Source: an uncultured Thermodesulfobacteriota bacterium
GTDB lineage: Bacteria; Desulfobacterota; B13-G15
Assembly: GCA_964543765.1 (NCBI GenBank)
Contig: CAZIZI010000001.1
Location: 170,475 to 234,474, forward strand
Direction: 5' to 3'
DNA: 64,000 nucleotides
The position numbers and the translations under genes are program-made. This document shows positions 25,319-35,019 of the stretch, piece by piece (within the stretch, counting starts at the first letter, position 1; each line of letters starts with the position of its first letter). The notes beneath the pieces were generated by a model. It worked only from the letters and a program-made list of their open reading frames with translations. It was not told where the DNA came from and did not search any database.

Positions 25319-26293
25319 CTAAGGAAGAGTTATCTCCTTAACCCAAGATCGATTTTCCAGGTACCATTCTAGTGTCTTCAGAAGCCCCTCCCTAAAGGTC
25401 GTTTTGGGAGTCCATCCCAAGAGCGTTTTAGCCCTATTTATGTCGGCCCAAGTTTCCCTCATATCTGCAGGATGAGGAGGTAAGAACTTTATTCGAGCCT
25501 TTTTCCCCGTAAGTTTTTCAAGTAAATGAACGAGATCCAAAAGGGTTTGGGGATTATCATTTCCGAGGTTTATCACCTGGTACCCCAAGCTTTTAAGACC
25601 CAAGACTGTTCCTTCTGCGATATCTCTTACATAAGTGAAATCCCTTTTTTGAGAACCATCACCGTAAAGCAGAATAGGTTCTCCTTCGACTATCCACTTG
25701 ATGAATTTAAAGTAGGCCATATCTGGTCTTCCCGCAGGTCCGTAAACGGTAAAATACCTGAATATAGTTATATCAATTCCGTAAAGGTGATGATAAGAAT
25801 AACAAAGCGTCTCAGCGGCTTTTTTTGAAGCTGCGTAAGGAGAAAGGGGTTTTGAAGTTGGCATCTCCTCATGGAAGGGCACATTGGCTCCTTCGCCATA
25901 CACACTTGAAGTTGAAGCGAGGACGAATTTTTTCACCCCATGTTTTTGGGCAAGCTCCAAAAGGTTTAAGGTCCCGATGAGATTCGTTTCATAATAGGAC
26001 CAAGGATCAATGATACTATTTCTTACCCCAGCTTTTGCCGCCAGGTTTATTATGGCTGTAAAGGGACCGAAACGCGCAAATATCTCTTCAAGCCTTTTCC
26101 GATTCCGAATGTCGGCCTTGATGAAGGTAAAACCGGGATAGCCATCTAAAGTTTTAAGGCGCCATTTCTTTAGATTAACCTCATAAGCTTCGTCAAGGTT
26201 ATCTATTCCTAACACCTCGTGCCCTTGGTGGAGTAAAAACCTTGAGACTTCAGCTCCGATAAACCCCGCACATCCGCTCAGAAGATACCGCAT
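25319..26293 (-). CDS. NAD-dependent epimerase/dehydratase (SDR family; UDP-sugar 4-epimerase-like)
   Basis: N-terminal GCAGFIGAEV Rossmann motif, YxxxK catalytic pair (YAASKKAAE), 324 aa. Confidence 0.8.
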   Translation of the reverse strand: MRYLLSGCAGFIGAEVSRFLLHQGHEVLGIDNLDEAYEVNLKKWRLKTLDGYPGFTFIKADIRNRKRLEEIFARFGPFTAIINLAAKAGVRNSIIDPWSYYETNLIGTLNLLELAQKHGVKKFVLASTSSVYGEGANVPFHEEMPTSKPLSPYAASKKAAETLCYSYHHLYGIDITIFRYFTVYGPAGRPDMAYFKFIKWIVEGEPILLYGDGSQKRDFTYVRDIAEGTVLGLKSLGYQVINLGNDNPQTLLDLVHLLEKLTGKKARIKFLPPHPADMRETWADINRAKTLLGWTPKTTFREGLLKTLEWYLENRSWVKEITLP

Positions 26294-26373
26294 CGTTCCT
26301 CCAAATTAGGTATTGTCAATGGGCAAAGTAGTACTTATTAATAATACTTTGAATGCCTTAAAGGAGGAAAGGG

Positions 26374-28203
26374 ATGGTTGAACTTCGAGGCAGGAAAAAA
26401 AGTGGTTTTTTGACTCACGTGGTAAAGAAGCAGAGGTTTCAACTTGAGGACGTGGATAAACCCGAGTTGTTTAAAGACATATTTCCCTATGAAGAGATCT
26501 GTAGAACCGTATTCGATCATCGGGTTGAGCTTATTGATCCTCCCGACGAGATTTTCATCACGGATACCACCTTTAGAGATGGTCAACAATCAAGGCCTCC
26601 TTACACGGTAGAACAGATGGTAGACCTTTACAAGTTCCTATACCGCCTTGGAGGAGCAGCTGGAGTGATCCGTCAGACCGAGTTTTTCATCTATACCAAA
26701 AGGGACCGGGAGGCGGTAGAGAGATGTCTTGAGCTTGGTTACAAGTATCCGGAGATAACGGGATGGATAAGGGCTAACAAGGAAGACCTGAAGCTGGTAA
26801 AGGAAATGGGCTTAAAGGAGACGGGGATTCTCACTTCCGTTTCGGATTATCACATCTTTCTTAAGCTTGGCAAAAACCGCCGTACGGCTTTGATTGATTA
26901 CTTAAGGGTTGTAGAGGCGGCTCTTGAACATGGAATAAGGCCAAGATGCCATTTTGAGGATGTCACTAGGGCTGATATTTACGGATTTGTGATCCCCTTT
27001 GCTCAAGAGTTAATGAGGCTTTCTGAGGAGAGCGGTATTCCAATAAAGATTCGCCTTTGTGATACCTTAGGCGTAGGGGTTCCTTATCCTGGGACGGTTC
27101 TACCTCGAAGTGTTCCTAAACTGGTCAGGGCCATGGTGGATGAAGCAGGGGTTCCTTCTGAACAGCTTGAGTGGCATGGTCATAACGATTTTTATAAAGC
27201 TTTGATCAATGGAGTTACCGCTTGGCTTTACGGCTGTTCGGCCGTAAACGGAACCCTTTTGGGTATTGGTGAGAGGACGGGCAATACCCCTATTGAGGCC
27301 TTGATAATAGAATACATAAGCCTCACCGGTAACCATCACGGCATTGATACCACCGTAATTACCGATATAAAGAATTATTATGAATACGTAATAGGAGAAA
27401 GAATCCCTAAAAACCAGCCCTTTGTAGGTGCCGAGTTTAACCTTACAAGTGCGGGTATCCATATAGACGGTCTCATAAAGAATGAGGAGATTTATAATAG
27501 CTTTGACACCGAAAAGATCCTTAAGAGGCCTATTGCTATAGCCATTAACGATAAATCGGGAACCGCTGGTATTGCTTATTGGATAAACTCTTACTTCGCT
27601 TTGCCGCCCGAAAAGCGGGTCGATAAACGACATCCCGGAGTTGTAAAGGTTTATAAATGGGTTAAAGAGCAATATGAAAAGGGACGTACCACCAACATTT
27701 CATCTGAAGAATTGGAACGAAAGGTCAGAAAGTATCTGCCTGAGCTTTTCGTTTCCGATTTCGATCGGATAAAACGAAGAGCTTACGAAATGGCTGCCCA
27801 TTTGGCGGAAAAACTTGTGGAGCATCCCGAGATACGCTCAATGGATCCGAAGCGTCAAGAACTCTTGTTGGCCAAAGTGCTTGAGGAGTATCCATTTATA
27901 CAATTCCTTTACGTGGTGAATTTAGAGGGCAAAAAGGTCACTCGCAATATTTGCCATCCGGAAGATAGGGCCAAATACGAAGTGATAGGGCTTGATGAGG
28001 ACTTCTCAAATAGGGATTGGTTCATCGAACCCCTTAAGTCAGGAAAGGTTTATATCTCAAACTTCTATACCTCCAGAATAACCGGTGCCCTATGTATAAC
28101 GGTTTCGGCTCCTATAAGGAACGAGGAGGAGGAGATCGTGGGTATTTTAGGGATGGATTTGAGGTTTGAAGAACTCGTCAAGGTGGAAGAAGAGGAAGTA
28201 TGA
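26374..28203 (+). CDS. DRE-TIM metallolyase (HMGL/LeuA-like, isopropylmalate/citramalate/Re-citrate-synthase family) fused to a C-terminal Cache-like sensory domain
   Basis: FITDTTFRDGQQS; CDTLG; HGHNDFYKALINGV; GIGERTGNTPIEALI (LeuA/HMGL catalytic motifs); C-terminal KVYISNFYTSRITGALCITVSAPIRNEEEEIVGILGMDLRFEEL resembles a Cache/PAS-like ligand-binding module. Confidence 0.6.
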   Translation: MVELRGRKKSGFLTHVVKKQRFQLEDVDKPELFKDIFPYEEICRTVFDHRVELIDPPDEIFITDTTFRDGQQSRPPYTVEQMVDLYKFLYRLGGAAGVIRQTEFFIYTKRDREAVERCLELGYKYPEITGWIRANKEDLKLVKEMGLKETGILTSVSDYHIFLKLGKNRRTALIDYLRVVEAALEHGIRPRCHFEDVTRADIYGFVIPFAQELMRLSEESGIPIKIRLCDTLGVGVPYPGTVLPRSVPKLVRAMVDEAGVPSEQLEWHGHNDFYKALINGVTAWLYGCSAVNGTLLGIGERTGNTPIEALIIEYISLTGNHHGIDTTVITDIKNYYEYVIGERIPKNQPFVGAEFNLTSAGIHIDGLIKNEEIYNSFDTEKILKRPIAIAINDKSGTAGIAYWINSYFALPPEKRVDKRHPGVVKVYKWVKEQYEKGRTTNISSEELERKVRKYLPELFVSDFDRIKRRAYEMAAHLAEKLVEHPEIRSMDPKRQELLLAKVLEEYPFIQFLYVVNLEGKKVTRNICHPEDRAKYEVIGLDEDFSNRDWFIEPLKSGKVYISNFYTSRITGALCITVSAPIRNEEEEIVGILGMDLRFEELVKVEEEEV

Positions 28204-29216
28204 GGGTGGAAGATTTCGATTACGAACTTCCAAAGTCAGCTATTGCTCAAAAACCTGCTCCCGTAAGGGATGCTTCTCGGTTGATGGTCCTCTATAAGGA
28301 GAATGGTAAAATCGAGGAGGCCCTTTTTCGGGATTTGCCGCGCTTTTTAAAGGAGGGGGATGTATTAGCTTTAAATGATACAAAGGTCATAAAGGCGAGG
28401 CTTTTTGGAAAAAAAACGACAGGAGGAAAATGTGAGGTATTTCTCCTGAAAGACCTCGGCGAAGGAAGATGGGAGGCCCTTCTTAAGCCTTCCAGACGTT
28501 TAAAACCAGGTACGGAGATCCTTGTTGGAGAGGCTAAACTTAAGGTTCTCGAAAGGAAAAAGGACGGTACAAAGATCATAGCCTTTCCCGAGGGAAGCGA
28601 TCCTTACGAGATTATGGAGAAATACGGTGAACTTCCTCTTCCTCCTTACATTAAAGAAAAACCCGAGGACCCCGAACGTTATCAGACCATCTTCTCACAG
28701 ACTTTGGGCTCCACGGCTGCTTCAACCGCAGCACTTCACTTTACCGAAAGACTCCTTCAAGAGCTTAAAGAGAAGGGGGTGAAGATCGTCTATTTCACCC
28801 TTCACATGGGACTTGGGAGTTTTAGACCTATAAGAAGTGAGAACGTGGAAGATCATAATGTGCCCCCCGAATTTTACATCATGCCTGAAGAGACCGCAAA
28901 GGAGATAAACTTGGCCAAAAGGGAAGGGAGAAGAGTTATAGCTTGTGGAACAGGAGCCGTGAGAACCATCGAAGGGTGTTCTGATAAAGAGGGGGTTGTA
29001 AAGCCAGGCTGTGGATGGATGGATCTTTTTATCACGCCTGGGTATAGGTTCAAGGTAATAGATGGGATGATCACCAATTTTCATATGCCTCGTTCGAGTC
29101 ATCTTGTTTTGGTCTGTGCTTTTGCGGGGAGGGGGAAAATACTTGATGCCTATAAGGAGGCTTTGAAGAGGGGGTTCAGGTTTTTAAGTTTTGGCGATGC
29201 CATGTTGATAATTTAA
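28200..29216 (+). CDS. queA: S-adenosylmethionine:tRNA ribosyltransferase-isomerase
   Basis: MRVEDFDYELPKSAIAQKPAPVRDASRLMVL is the QueA N-terminus; 338 aa; ATGA overlap with upstream gene. Confidence 0.9.
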   Translation: MRVEDFDYELPKSAIAQKPAPVRDASRLMVLYKENGKIEEALFRDLPRFLKEGDVLALNDTKVIKARLFGKKTTGGKCEVFLLKDLGEGRWEALLKPSRRLKPGTEILVGEAKLKVLERKKDGTKIIAFPEGSDPYEIMEKYGELPLPPYIKEKPEDPERYQTIFSQTLGSTAASTAALHFTERLLQELKEKGVKIVYFTLHMGLGSFRPIRSENVEDHNVPPEFYIMPEETAKEINLAKREGRRVIACGTGAVRTIEGCSDKEGVVKPGCGWMDLFITPGYRFKVIDGMITNFHMPRSSHLVLVCAFAGRGKILDAYKEALKRGFRFLSFGDAMLII

Positions 29217-29231
29217 GAAACGGAGGGGATA

Positions 29232-30263
29232 ATGGTGAGGCTTTTAAAGGCTGGAAGCGTTAAAAGGGTTTATGTGATAAAAAACCCGGATGAGGAAGTA
29301 GGGGAGGGCAGGTTTATATTTACGGACAGCTACTCGGTATTTGATTGGGGTGAGATGCCTCAAGTGATTCCTCATAGGGGAGCGGCCCTTTCGGTTATTG
29401 GGGCCTTCTTTTTCGAAAAACTCCAATCCTTGGGCATAAGGACCCATTATTTGGGTCTTGAAGAGGAGGGGAAAATAAAGAAACTCCATGAATTAAAAGC
29501 CCCTTCTGCGGTTATGGCGGTGAAGCTTGTGAGGATAATAGAGCCCACCTTAAAGGATGGCCAGTATGATTATTCCGTTTTCAAGGGCTTGAAAGGCAAT
29601 TTCCTCATTCCCCTTGAATTTATTTATCGAAATTCCCTGCCCGAGGGATCAAGTGTGTTTCGCCGTTTGAAGGAGGGGAGTCTAAACCTTAGTGACCTTG
29701 GTTTAGAAAGGATGCCTGAAGTAGGAGAGAAGTTAAAAAAGCCTATCCTGGATTTTTCCACAAAGCTTGAAAAGATTGATAGATACTTGACCGGCCGAGA
29801 GGCCAAAGAGCTTGCCTTTTTAAATGACCAGGAATTCGAGGAAATAAAAAGGACAGTATTAAGGATCAACGACCTCATAAACGAGACCCTTAGCCCCTAT
29901 AACTTGGAAAATGAAGATGGAAAAGTGGAGTTTGCTTTTGACGAAAACAGAAACCCTATGGTGGTTGATGTGGTCGGGACACCCGATGAATGCCGATTTA
30001 CTTTCGAAGGGATTCCCTTGAGTAAGGAGATTCTAAGGATCCTTTATAGGAAGACCAAGTGGTATGAAGAGATTGAAAAGGCCAAAAAAGAGGATTCCAT
30101 AAACTGGAAGGAAAAGGTTTCATCCCCTCCACTTCTTCCCGAAAGGGCGATTGAGGCCGTTTCTTATATTTATCAGGCTTTGGCCAATACCATTTGCGGG
30201 AAAAAATGGTTTGATGCCCCTTCGCTTGAAGAGTCGATCCGGATGGTCAAGGAGCTTCTTTAA
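29232..30263 (+). CDS. purC: phosphoribosylaminoimidazole-succinocarboxamide (SAICAR) synthase, long form
   Basis: GSVKRVYVIKNPDEEVGEGRFIFTDSYSVFDWGEMPQVIPHRGAAL matches the PurC N-terminal pattern (GKVR-Y...ATDR-SAFD..MP..IP.KG). Confidence 0.6.
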   Translation: MVRLLKAGSVKRVYVIKNPDEEVGEGRFIFTDSYSVFDWGEMPQVIPHRGAALSVIGAFFFEKLQSLGIRTHYLGLEEEGKIKKLHELKAPSAVMAVKLVRIIEPTLKDGQYDYSVFKGLKGNFLIPLEFIYRNSLPEGSSVFRRLKEGSLNLSDLGLERMPEVGEKLKKPILDFSTKLEKIDRYLTGREAKELAFLNDQEFEEIKRTVLRINDLINETLSPYNLENEDGKVEFAFDENRNPMVVDVVGTPDECRFTFEGIPLSKEILRILYRKTKWYEEIEKAKKEDSINWKEKVSSPPLLPERAIEAVSYIYQALANTICGKKWFDAPSLEESIRMVKELL

Positions 30264-30264
30264 A

Positions 30265-31227
30265 ATGAGGCTTCTTAAAGGTGAAGATCCCTTGGCCATA
30301 AAGGAGGCGGGACGCATAATAAGGGAAGGTGGGATTGTGGTATTTCCCACCGAGACCGTTTATGGCCTTGGAGCAGATGCCTTTAATCCTCATGCAGTGG
30401 CCCGGGTTTTTGAGGTTAAAAAAAGGCCCTATTTTGATCCTTTAATTGTTCACGTAAAGGACCCGAAGGACTTGGAGGAACTATGTGAAGGACTCGATGA
30501 GAGGGCAAAAAAACTAACCAATCGTTTCTGGCCAGGACCTCTTACCTTGGTCCTTCCTAAGAAGGATAAGGTGCCGGATATCGTTACTTCGGGCTTAAAC
30601 ACCGTAGCCGTGAGAATGCCTTCCCATCCGGTAGCCCTTTCTCTTATAAGGGAATCTCGAACTTTTATCGCTGCTCCAAGTGCCAATTCCTTCGGCAAAC
30701 TCAGCCCTACAAGGGTTGAACACGTCTTAAGGGACATTGGGGAGAAGGTCGATCTGATCCTCGACGGAGGCCCCTGTGAAGTAGGTCTGGAATCCACGAT
30801 TTTAGCCTTATATCCAAAACTGACTCTTTTGAGACCTGGGGGGATTCCCTTGGAAGAGATAGAGAAACTAATAGGAAAAGTTGAAATCGCTTCCTCCGGA
30901 AGAAGGCCTCTTGCCCCGGGAGGGCTTTCTAAACATTACAGCCCTCGTACTCCTTTAAGGATAATCCGAGAAGAAGACGAGATCCCTGAAGGGTTAAAGG
31001 TAGGGCTTTTGGCCTTTAGAAGGCCAAGGGAGGGACCTTTTTGGGCGATTGAAGTGCTTTCTGAAAGGGGAGATTTGAGAGAAGCCGCTTCAAGGTTCTT
31101 TGAGGCTTTACACAGGCTTGACAGCCTGGGGCTTGACCTCATTTTGGCCGAGCCCTTTCCTGAGGAAGGTTTAGGGCTTGCCATAATGGACCGTTTGAGG
31201 AAGGCTGAAGGTGATAGAAAGGCTTAA
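30265..31227 (+). CDS. tsaC: L-threonylcarbamoyladenylate synthase (Sua5/YrdC family, long form)
   Basis: MRLLKGEDPLAIKEAGRIIREGGIVVFPTETVYGLGADAFNPHAVARVFEVKKRPYFDPLIVHV is the YrdC-domain signature; start set at ATG 30265 directly after purC stop. Confidence 0.85.
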   Translation: MRLLKGEDPLAIKEAGRIIREGGIVVFPTETVYGLGADAFNPHAVARVFEVKKRPYFDPLIVHVKDPKDLEELCEGLDERAKKLTNRFWPGPLTLVLPKKDKVPDIVTSGLNTVAVRMPSHPVALSLIRESRTFIAAPSANSFGKLSPTRVEHVLRDIGEKVDLILDGGPCEVGLESTILALYPKLTLLRPGGIPLEEIEKLIGKVEIASSGRRPLAPGGLSKHYSPRTPLRIIREEDEIPEGLKVGLLAFRRPREGPFWAIEVLSERGDLREAASRFFEALHRLDSLGLDLILAEPFPEEGLGLAIMDRLRKAEGDRKA

Positions 31228-31954
31228 GGAACTCCTCCTAAATTATAAGGAAGGGAAGGTAACCCTTGAGGAGGTACTGGAAAAACTAAAGATATTGCCC
31301 TTTGAGGACCTTGGGGATCTTAAAATTGACCACCATCGTACTTTAAGAAAGGGGTTTCCTGAAGTCATATATGGTCCAGGGAAGACTTGGGAGCAGATAG
31401 CCAAAGCCATAGAGAGCATTTTAAAAACGGGGGAAAACGTCCTAGTTACAAGGCTTTCTCCTCGCAAAGCCGAAAAGATCCTTTCGCTTTTCCCTCAAGC
31501 CCAATACCATTCTATACCGAGGCTTTTAACACTGAAACAAAAGGAGATTCCTATCCTTGGAAAAGGGGAGATCTTGGTAATAAGTGCTGGGACAAGTGAC
31601 CTTCCGGTTGCCGAAGAAGCTGCTTTATGCGCCGAAATGATGGGGAATCGGGTCGAACGGCTTTACGATGTTGGAGTAAGTGGGGTTCACCGTCTTTTTA
31701 GTCACCTTGAACTTTTGAGAAGAGCCAATGTTTTGATCGTTGTCGCGGGAATGGAAGGTGCCCTTCCAAGCGTTGTGGCAGGTCTTGTGGAAAGACCGGT
31801 TATAGCAGTTCCCACCAGTATAGGATATGGGGTTTCCTTCAGAGGAGTGGCTGCTTTACTGGGGATGTTAACAAGCTGTGCTTCCAATGTGGCAGTAGTG
31901 AATATTGAGAATGGCTTCGGTGCTGCTTATGTAGCAAGCCTTATAAACAGATAA
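31211..31954 (+). CDS. larB: nickel-pincer cofactor biosynthesis protein LarB (PurE-like nicotinic acid adenine dinucleotide carboxylase/hydrolase)
   Basis: LPFEDLGDLKIDHHRTLRKGFPEVIYGPGKTWEQIAKAIE...VLVTRL closely parallels the LarB N-terminal domain (IDLGFAKLD-HR-LRQG-EVVY--GKT); C-terminal PurE-like fold; GTG start. Confidence 0.8.
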   Translation: MIERLKELLLNYKEGKVTLEEVLEKLKILPFEDLGDLKIDHHRTLRKGFPEVIYGPGKTWEQIAKAIESILKTGENVLVTRLSPRKAEKILSLFPQAQYHSIPRLLTLKQKEIPILGKGEILVISAGTSDLPVAEEAALCAEMMGNRVERLYDVGVSGVHRLFSHLELLRRANVLIVVAGMEGALPSVVAGLVERPVIAVPTSIGYGVSFRGVAALLGMLTSCASNVAVVNIENGFGAAYVASLINR

Positions 31955-31957
31955 AAG

Positions 31958-31981
31958 GGAGCCCCAAAGGGGCCCCCTTGG
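31958..31981. terminator. GC-rich hairpin between convergent larB and molybdopterin-oxidoreductase genes (probable bidirectional terminator)
   Basis: GGGAGCCCC-AAA-GGGGCCCCC forms a ~9-bp stem (1 mismatch) with a 3-nt loop, located between two convergent stop codons. Confidence 0.4.
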
Positions 31982-31987
31982 AAATGT

Positions 31988-34036
31988 TTAAGCTTTCCTC
32001 AGGTTACACCTTAGCGCTTTATAATGAGGATACCCAGTTACTGGATCCTTCGGATCAAGACCTGTAAGTAAATTTACGTTAGCTTCTTCCCATCCATGAG
32101 AGATAAGGACCACATTTGGTGATACTTCCGGTACATATTTGGCCTTAATCTTGAGTTCTCCCTTCGGAGTCTCCACAATTACCATCTCTCCGTCATTTAT
32201 CCCATAAGATTTGGCCGTTTCGGGATTTATCTCCGCTACCGGTTCAGGAAAGCCTTTTCTTAAACTTGGGATGGTGCGGAATTGAGTATGAGTGTAATAA
32301 ATGCTTCTCATTCCGGTACTTAGCCACAATGGATATTTCTTCTCCTCCTCTTGAGTTGAGAAGAGGACCTTCGGAGGATCCACCGGTTCAGGAAGTGGAG
32401 AGTAGCCATGCTCAGCCAAAGTATCCGAATAGATCTCGATCTTTCCGGAAGGGGTTCTTACTTTCCCCTTTATCACCATGTCGTAAGTCTTTTGAGCGTA
32501 GAAAAATCCATGAGGATATTCGTCAAGTTTCGAGTAACTCAACCCCATGGGTTCGAGGAAGAAATCAATGATTTCTTCGTCTGTCTTCCATGGAAAGAGC
32601 TCACCATATCCCAATTTCTTTCCTAATTCACTCCAAAACTTCCAATCAGGCCAAGCCTCTCCTACTGGCTCTATAACCTTTCTCCTCAACATGATATAGG
32701 GTATTCCAGATGTAACCGCATAAACATACCCGAGTCCAGGCCTTTCCAGGAACGAACAAGCGGGAAGCACTATGTGAGCCTTTTTGGCTGTGGCGGTCAT
32801 GAACATGTCCATTACCACTAAAAGGTCAAGCTTCTCAAAAGCCTTTTCCCAGGTTTTCGATTCGGGCATGCTCAAAGCAGGGTTACCAGCTACTACAATA
32901 AATGCCTTAACCGGATAAGGCTTCTCTTCAAGGATAGCCTTAGGTAAATAGAGGGTCTGTCCATAAGGAGAAGACCTGCCCCAAAAGCTATAGAAAATCG
33001 GATGTTCTTCCGCTCCAAGGGGTTTTTCCTCTACAGGAAGTCTAAGGTCACCCAAGCGCGGGAACATAACCGAAGCCCAACTGCCTTTAATATCCACATT
33101 ACCCGTAATGGTTTGAAGGATAGCAAAAGCCCTCATAGTCTGAAGGCCATCAACCCTCTGGTCAAAACATGTCCCGGGTATTATGCAAGCGGGCTTATTT
33201 GTGGCAAAGGTCCTCGCGAGTTCCCTGATCTCGGAAGCGGAAAGCCCCGTAACTTCACTGACTTTCTCAGGTGTATATTTTTGAACATGCTCCTTAAACT
33301 GATCAAATCCCTTGGTATACTTCTCTACGAAGTCCTTATCATAAAGGCCTTCACTTATGATCACATTGGCTATACTCAACGCCAAAAAACAATCACTTCC
33401 GGGACGCACCGGGTAATGTTGACCAAGCTCAGCCAAAGGAATCCTCTTTGGATTTATCACGATGATGTTTTTGCCTCCCCCTTGAGCCCTTAAATAATTG
33501 GCCAAATGGGGTCTGGAGTTGTCAGGGTTTGTGGCCCAAAGGACAATGCACTTGGCGTCTTCGGGTTCTTCAAGCAAAAAGGTTCCAAAGGTAAGCTGAT
33601 GGGCTATGATCCTTGAACGATAACACACGCTTTCAACCGAGAGAAGGTTTGGTGTTCCATAAGCGCCTTTAAAACGCTGAGCAAATGCCGCTATTTCTAA
33701 GTTCTCAACCCCTATAGAACCACAAAAGAGAGCAAGAGAATGCGCACCGTACTTATCCTTTATCTCCGCCAGTTTGGAAGAGATGAAATCAAGCGCCTCG
33801 TCCCAACTTATCCTTTTCCACGAGCCATTTTCCCTCTTCATCGGATAAAGAATCCGGTCAGGAGCATAAACCCATTCGGGTAAAGCCTCTCCCCTCGGAC
33901 ATAAATAACCCCTGCTTAAGGGATGCTCAGGTAATCCCTCAACTTTAACAAGCTTCCCCCCTTCCACATGGGCCACCATACCACAAGACCATACACACCC
34001 TATACACACACTCGGTATCTTCTTTACTTCCGCCAT
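31988..34036 (-). CDS. cytoplasmic molybdopterin (bis-MGD) oxidoreductase, formate-dehydrogenase/DMSO-reductase superfamily
   Basis: N-terminal 4Fe-4S motif CIGCVWSCGMV...CPRG; ~680 aa with the MGD-binding domain architecture; no Tat signal; start ATG 34036 after GGAGGTG RBS. Confidence 0.75.
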   Translation of the reverse strand: MAEVKKIPSVCIGCVWSCGMVAHVEGGKLVKVEGLPEHPLSRGYLCPRGEALPEWVYAPDRILYPMKRENGSWKRISWDEALDFISSKLAEIKDKYGAHSLALFCGSIGVENLEIAAFAQRFKGAYGTPNLLSVESVCYRSRIIAHQLTFGTFLLEEPEDAKCIVLWATNPDNSRPHLANYLRAQGGGKNIIVINPKRIPLAELGQHYPVRPGSDCFLALSIANVIISEGLYDKDFVEKYTKGFDQFKEHVQKYTPEKVSEVTGLSASEIRELARTFATNKPACIIPGTCFDQRVDGLQTMRAFAILQTITGNVDIKGSWASVMFPRLGDLRLPVEEKPLGAEEHPIFYSFWGRSSPYGQTLYLPKAILEEKPYPVKAFIVVAGNPALSMPESKTWEKAFEKLDLLVVMDMFMTATAKKAHIVLPACSFLERPGLGYVYAVTSGIPYIMLRRKVIEPVGEAWPDWKFWSELGKKLGYGELFPWKTDEEIIDFFLEPMGLSYSKLDEYPHGFFYAQKTYDMVIKGKVRTPSGKIEIYSDTLAEHGYSPLPEPVDPPKVLFSTQEEEKKYPLWLSTGMRSIYYTHTQFRTIPSLRKGFPEPVAEINPETAKSYGINDGEMVIVETPKGELKIKAKYVPEVSPNVVLISHGWEEANVNLLTGLDPKDPVTGYPHYKALRCNLRKA

Positions 34037-34158
34037 TAATTCACCTCCTTCAAAATTGCTTCTACAAAATAACATACTATTTCAAGTTTTGCAAGATATA
34101 CCGCTGTTCTCCATAAGATAACTTTTTACGACTGCTTTTTGGGTTATAATGTTTACTT

Positions 34159-35019
34159 ATGAGGAGGGTAGAGGTTATAGGGCTTTTGAGTCTGGGGATT
34201 GGTTTGGTTTTGGCAGTTTTGGCCTTTTTGGAGAAATTGAGGGTAGAGGAAGTGGGTTTTGATGTTTGTAGAAGTGAATCTTGTGAGGTTGTTCAGTATT
34301 CCGGGTTTTCGGACCTTTTTGGTTTTCCCATAACGCTATTTGCGATCTTAGCCTTAGGTGGGGTTATCCTTCTTTGGTTTTTGCGGAGAAAAGAAAAGGC
34401 TCTTTTTATTCTGGCCTTTTTGGTTGGGTGTGAAGCTTATTTGACCTTTATTGAGTTTTATTATTTAGAAGGGAAGTGCCCTCTGTGTATAGCTTTTTTA
34501 AGCAGTTTAGTGATAGGGTTTGTTTTTTCGGTTCTTCAAAGGTTTAGACCATCCCTTTTTTGGTTTATGGCCTTAGGGTTTTTGGGATTGCATTTTCTCT
34601 TCTTCTTTCCGAGATTTGATCTCGCTTATACCCCCTATTTTGACCCCAAGGGAAAGGTTATTGAAGTTTTTCTTTCGCCAAGAGAGTCTCGGATCCTCAA
34701 AGAACTTCAAGGCTTTTTAAGCCAGAGAGGTTTTCAATTGTGTCCGAGGTTTGTCCCTCAAGATCCTTCGTCAAGAAGGGAGGCCCTTTTAGAGATGGCC
34801 AAAATGCTGTTTTCTGAACCGAGTGAAGAAGCTTTGAGGGTCTCAGAAAGGACGTTAAGGAGGAATGAAGAGGAGCTTAAAAATTTTAACGGTTCCCTTC
34901 CCCTGTTGGTAGTGAAGGAAAAGGGAGAAGTGAAAAAGGTGATAAGTGGTCCCAATTGGAGAGAGGAACTTGAGGAATACTTCTCTTTGCCCCCTTTGTT
35001 TTTCTTCAGTTCGCCTTAA
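34159..35019 (+). CDS. VKOR (vitamin K epoxide reductase) family membrane protein with C-terminal soluble extension
   Basis: Loop Cys pair CRSESC and membrane-embedded CxxC (GKCPLCIAF) within 4-5 TM helices as in VKOR homologues. Confidence 0.6.
   Translation: MRRVEVIGLLSLGIGLVLAVLAFLEKLRVEEVGFDVCRSESCEVVQYSGFSDLFGFPITLFAILALGGVILLWFLRRKEKALFILAFLVGCEAYLTFIEFYYLEGKCPLCIAFLSSLVIGFVFSVLQRFRPSLFWFMALGFLGLHFLFFFPRFDLAYTPYFDPKGKVIEVFLSPRESRILKELQGFLSQRGFQLCPRFVPQDPSSRREALLEMAKMLFSEPSEEALRVSERTLRRNEEELKNFNGSLPLLVVKEKGEVKKVISGPNWREELEEYFSLPPLFFFSSP

Noticed and set aside
30151-30264. 38-codon N-terminal extension of tsaC (MRPFLIFIRLWPIPF...)
   Set aside because: It overlaps the purC 3' end in another frame. 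The YrdC homology starts at MRLLKG (30265).
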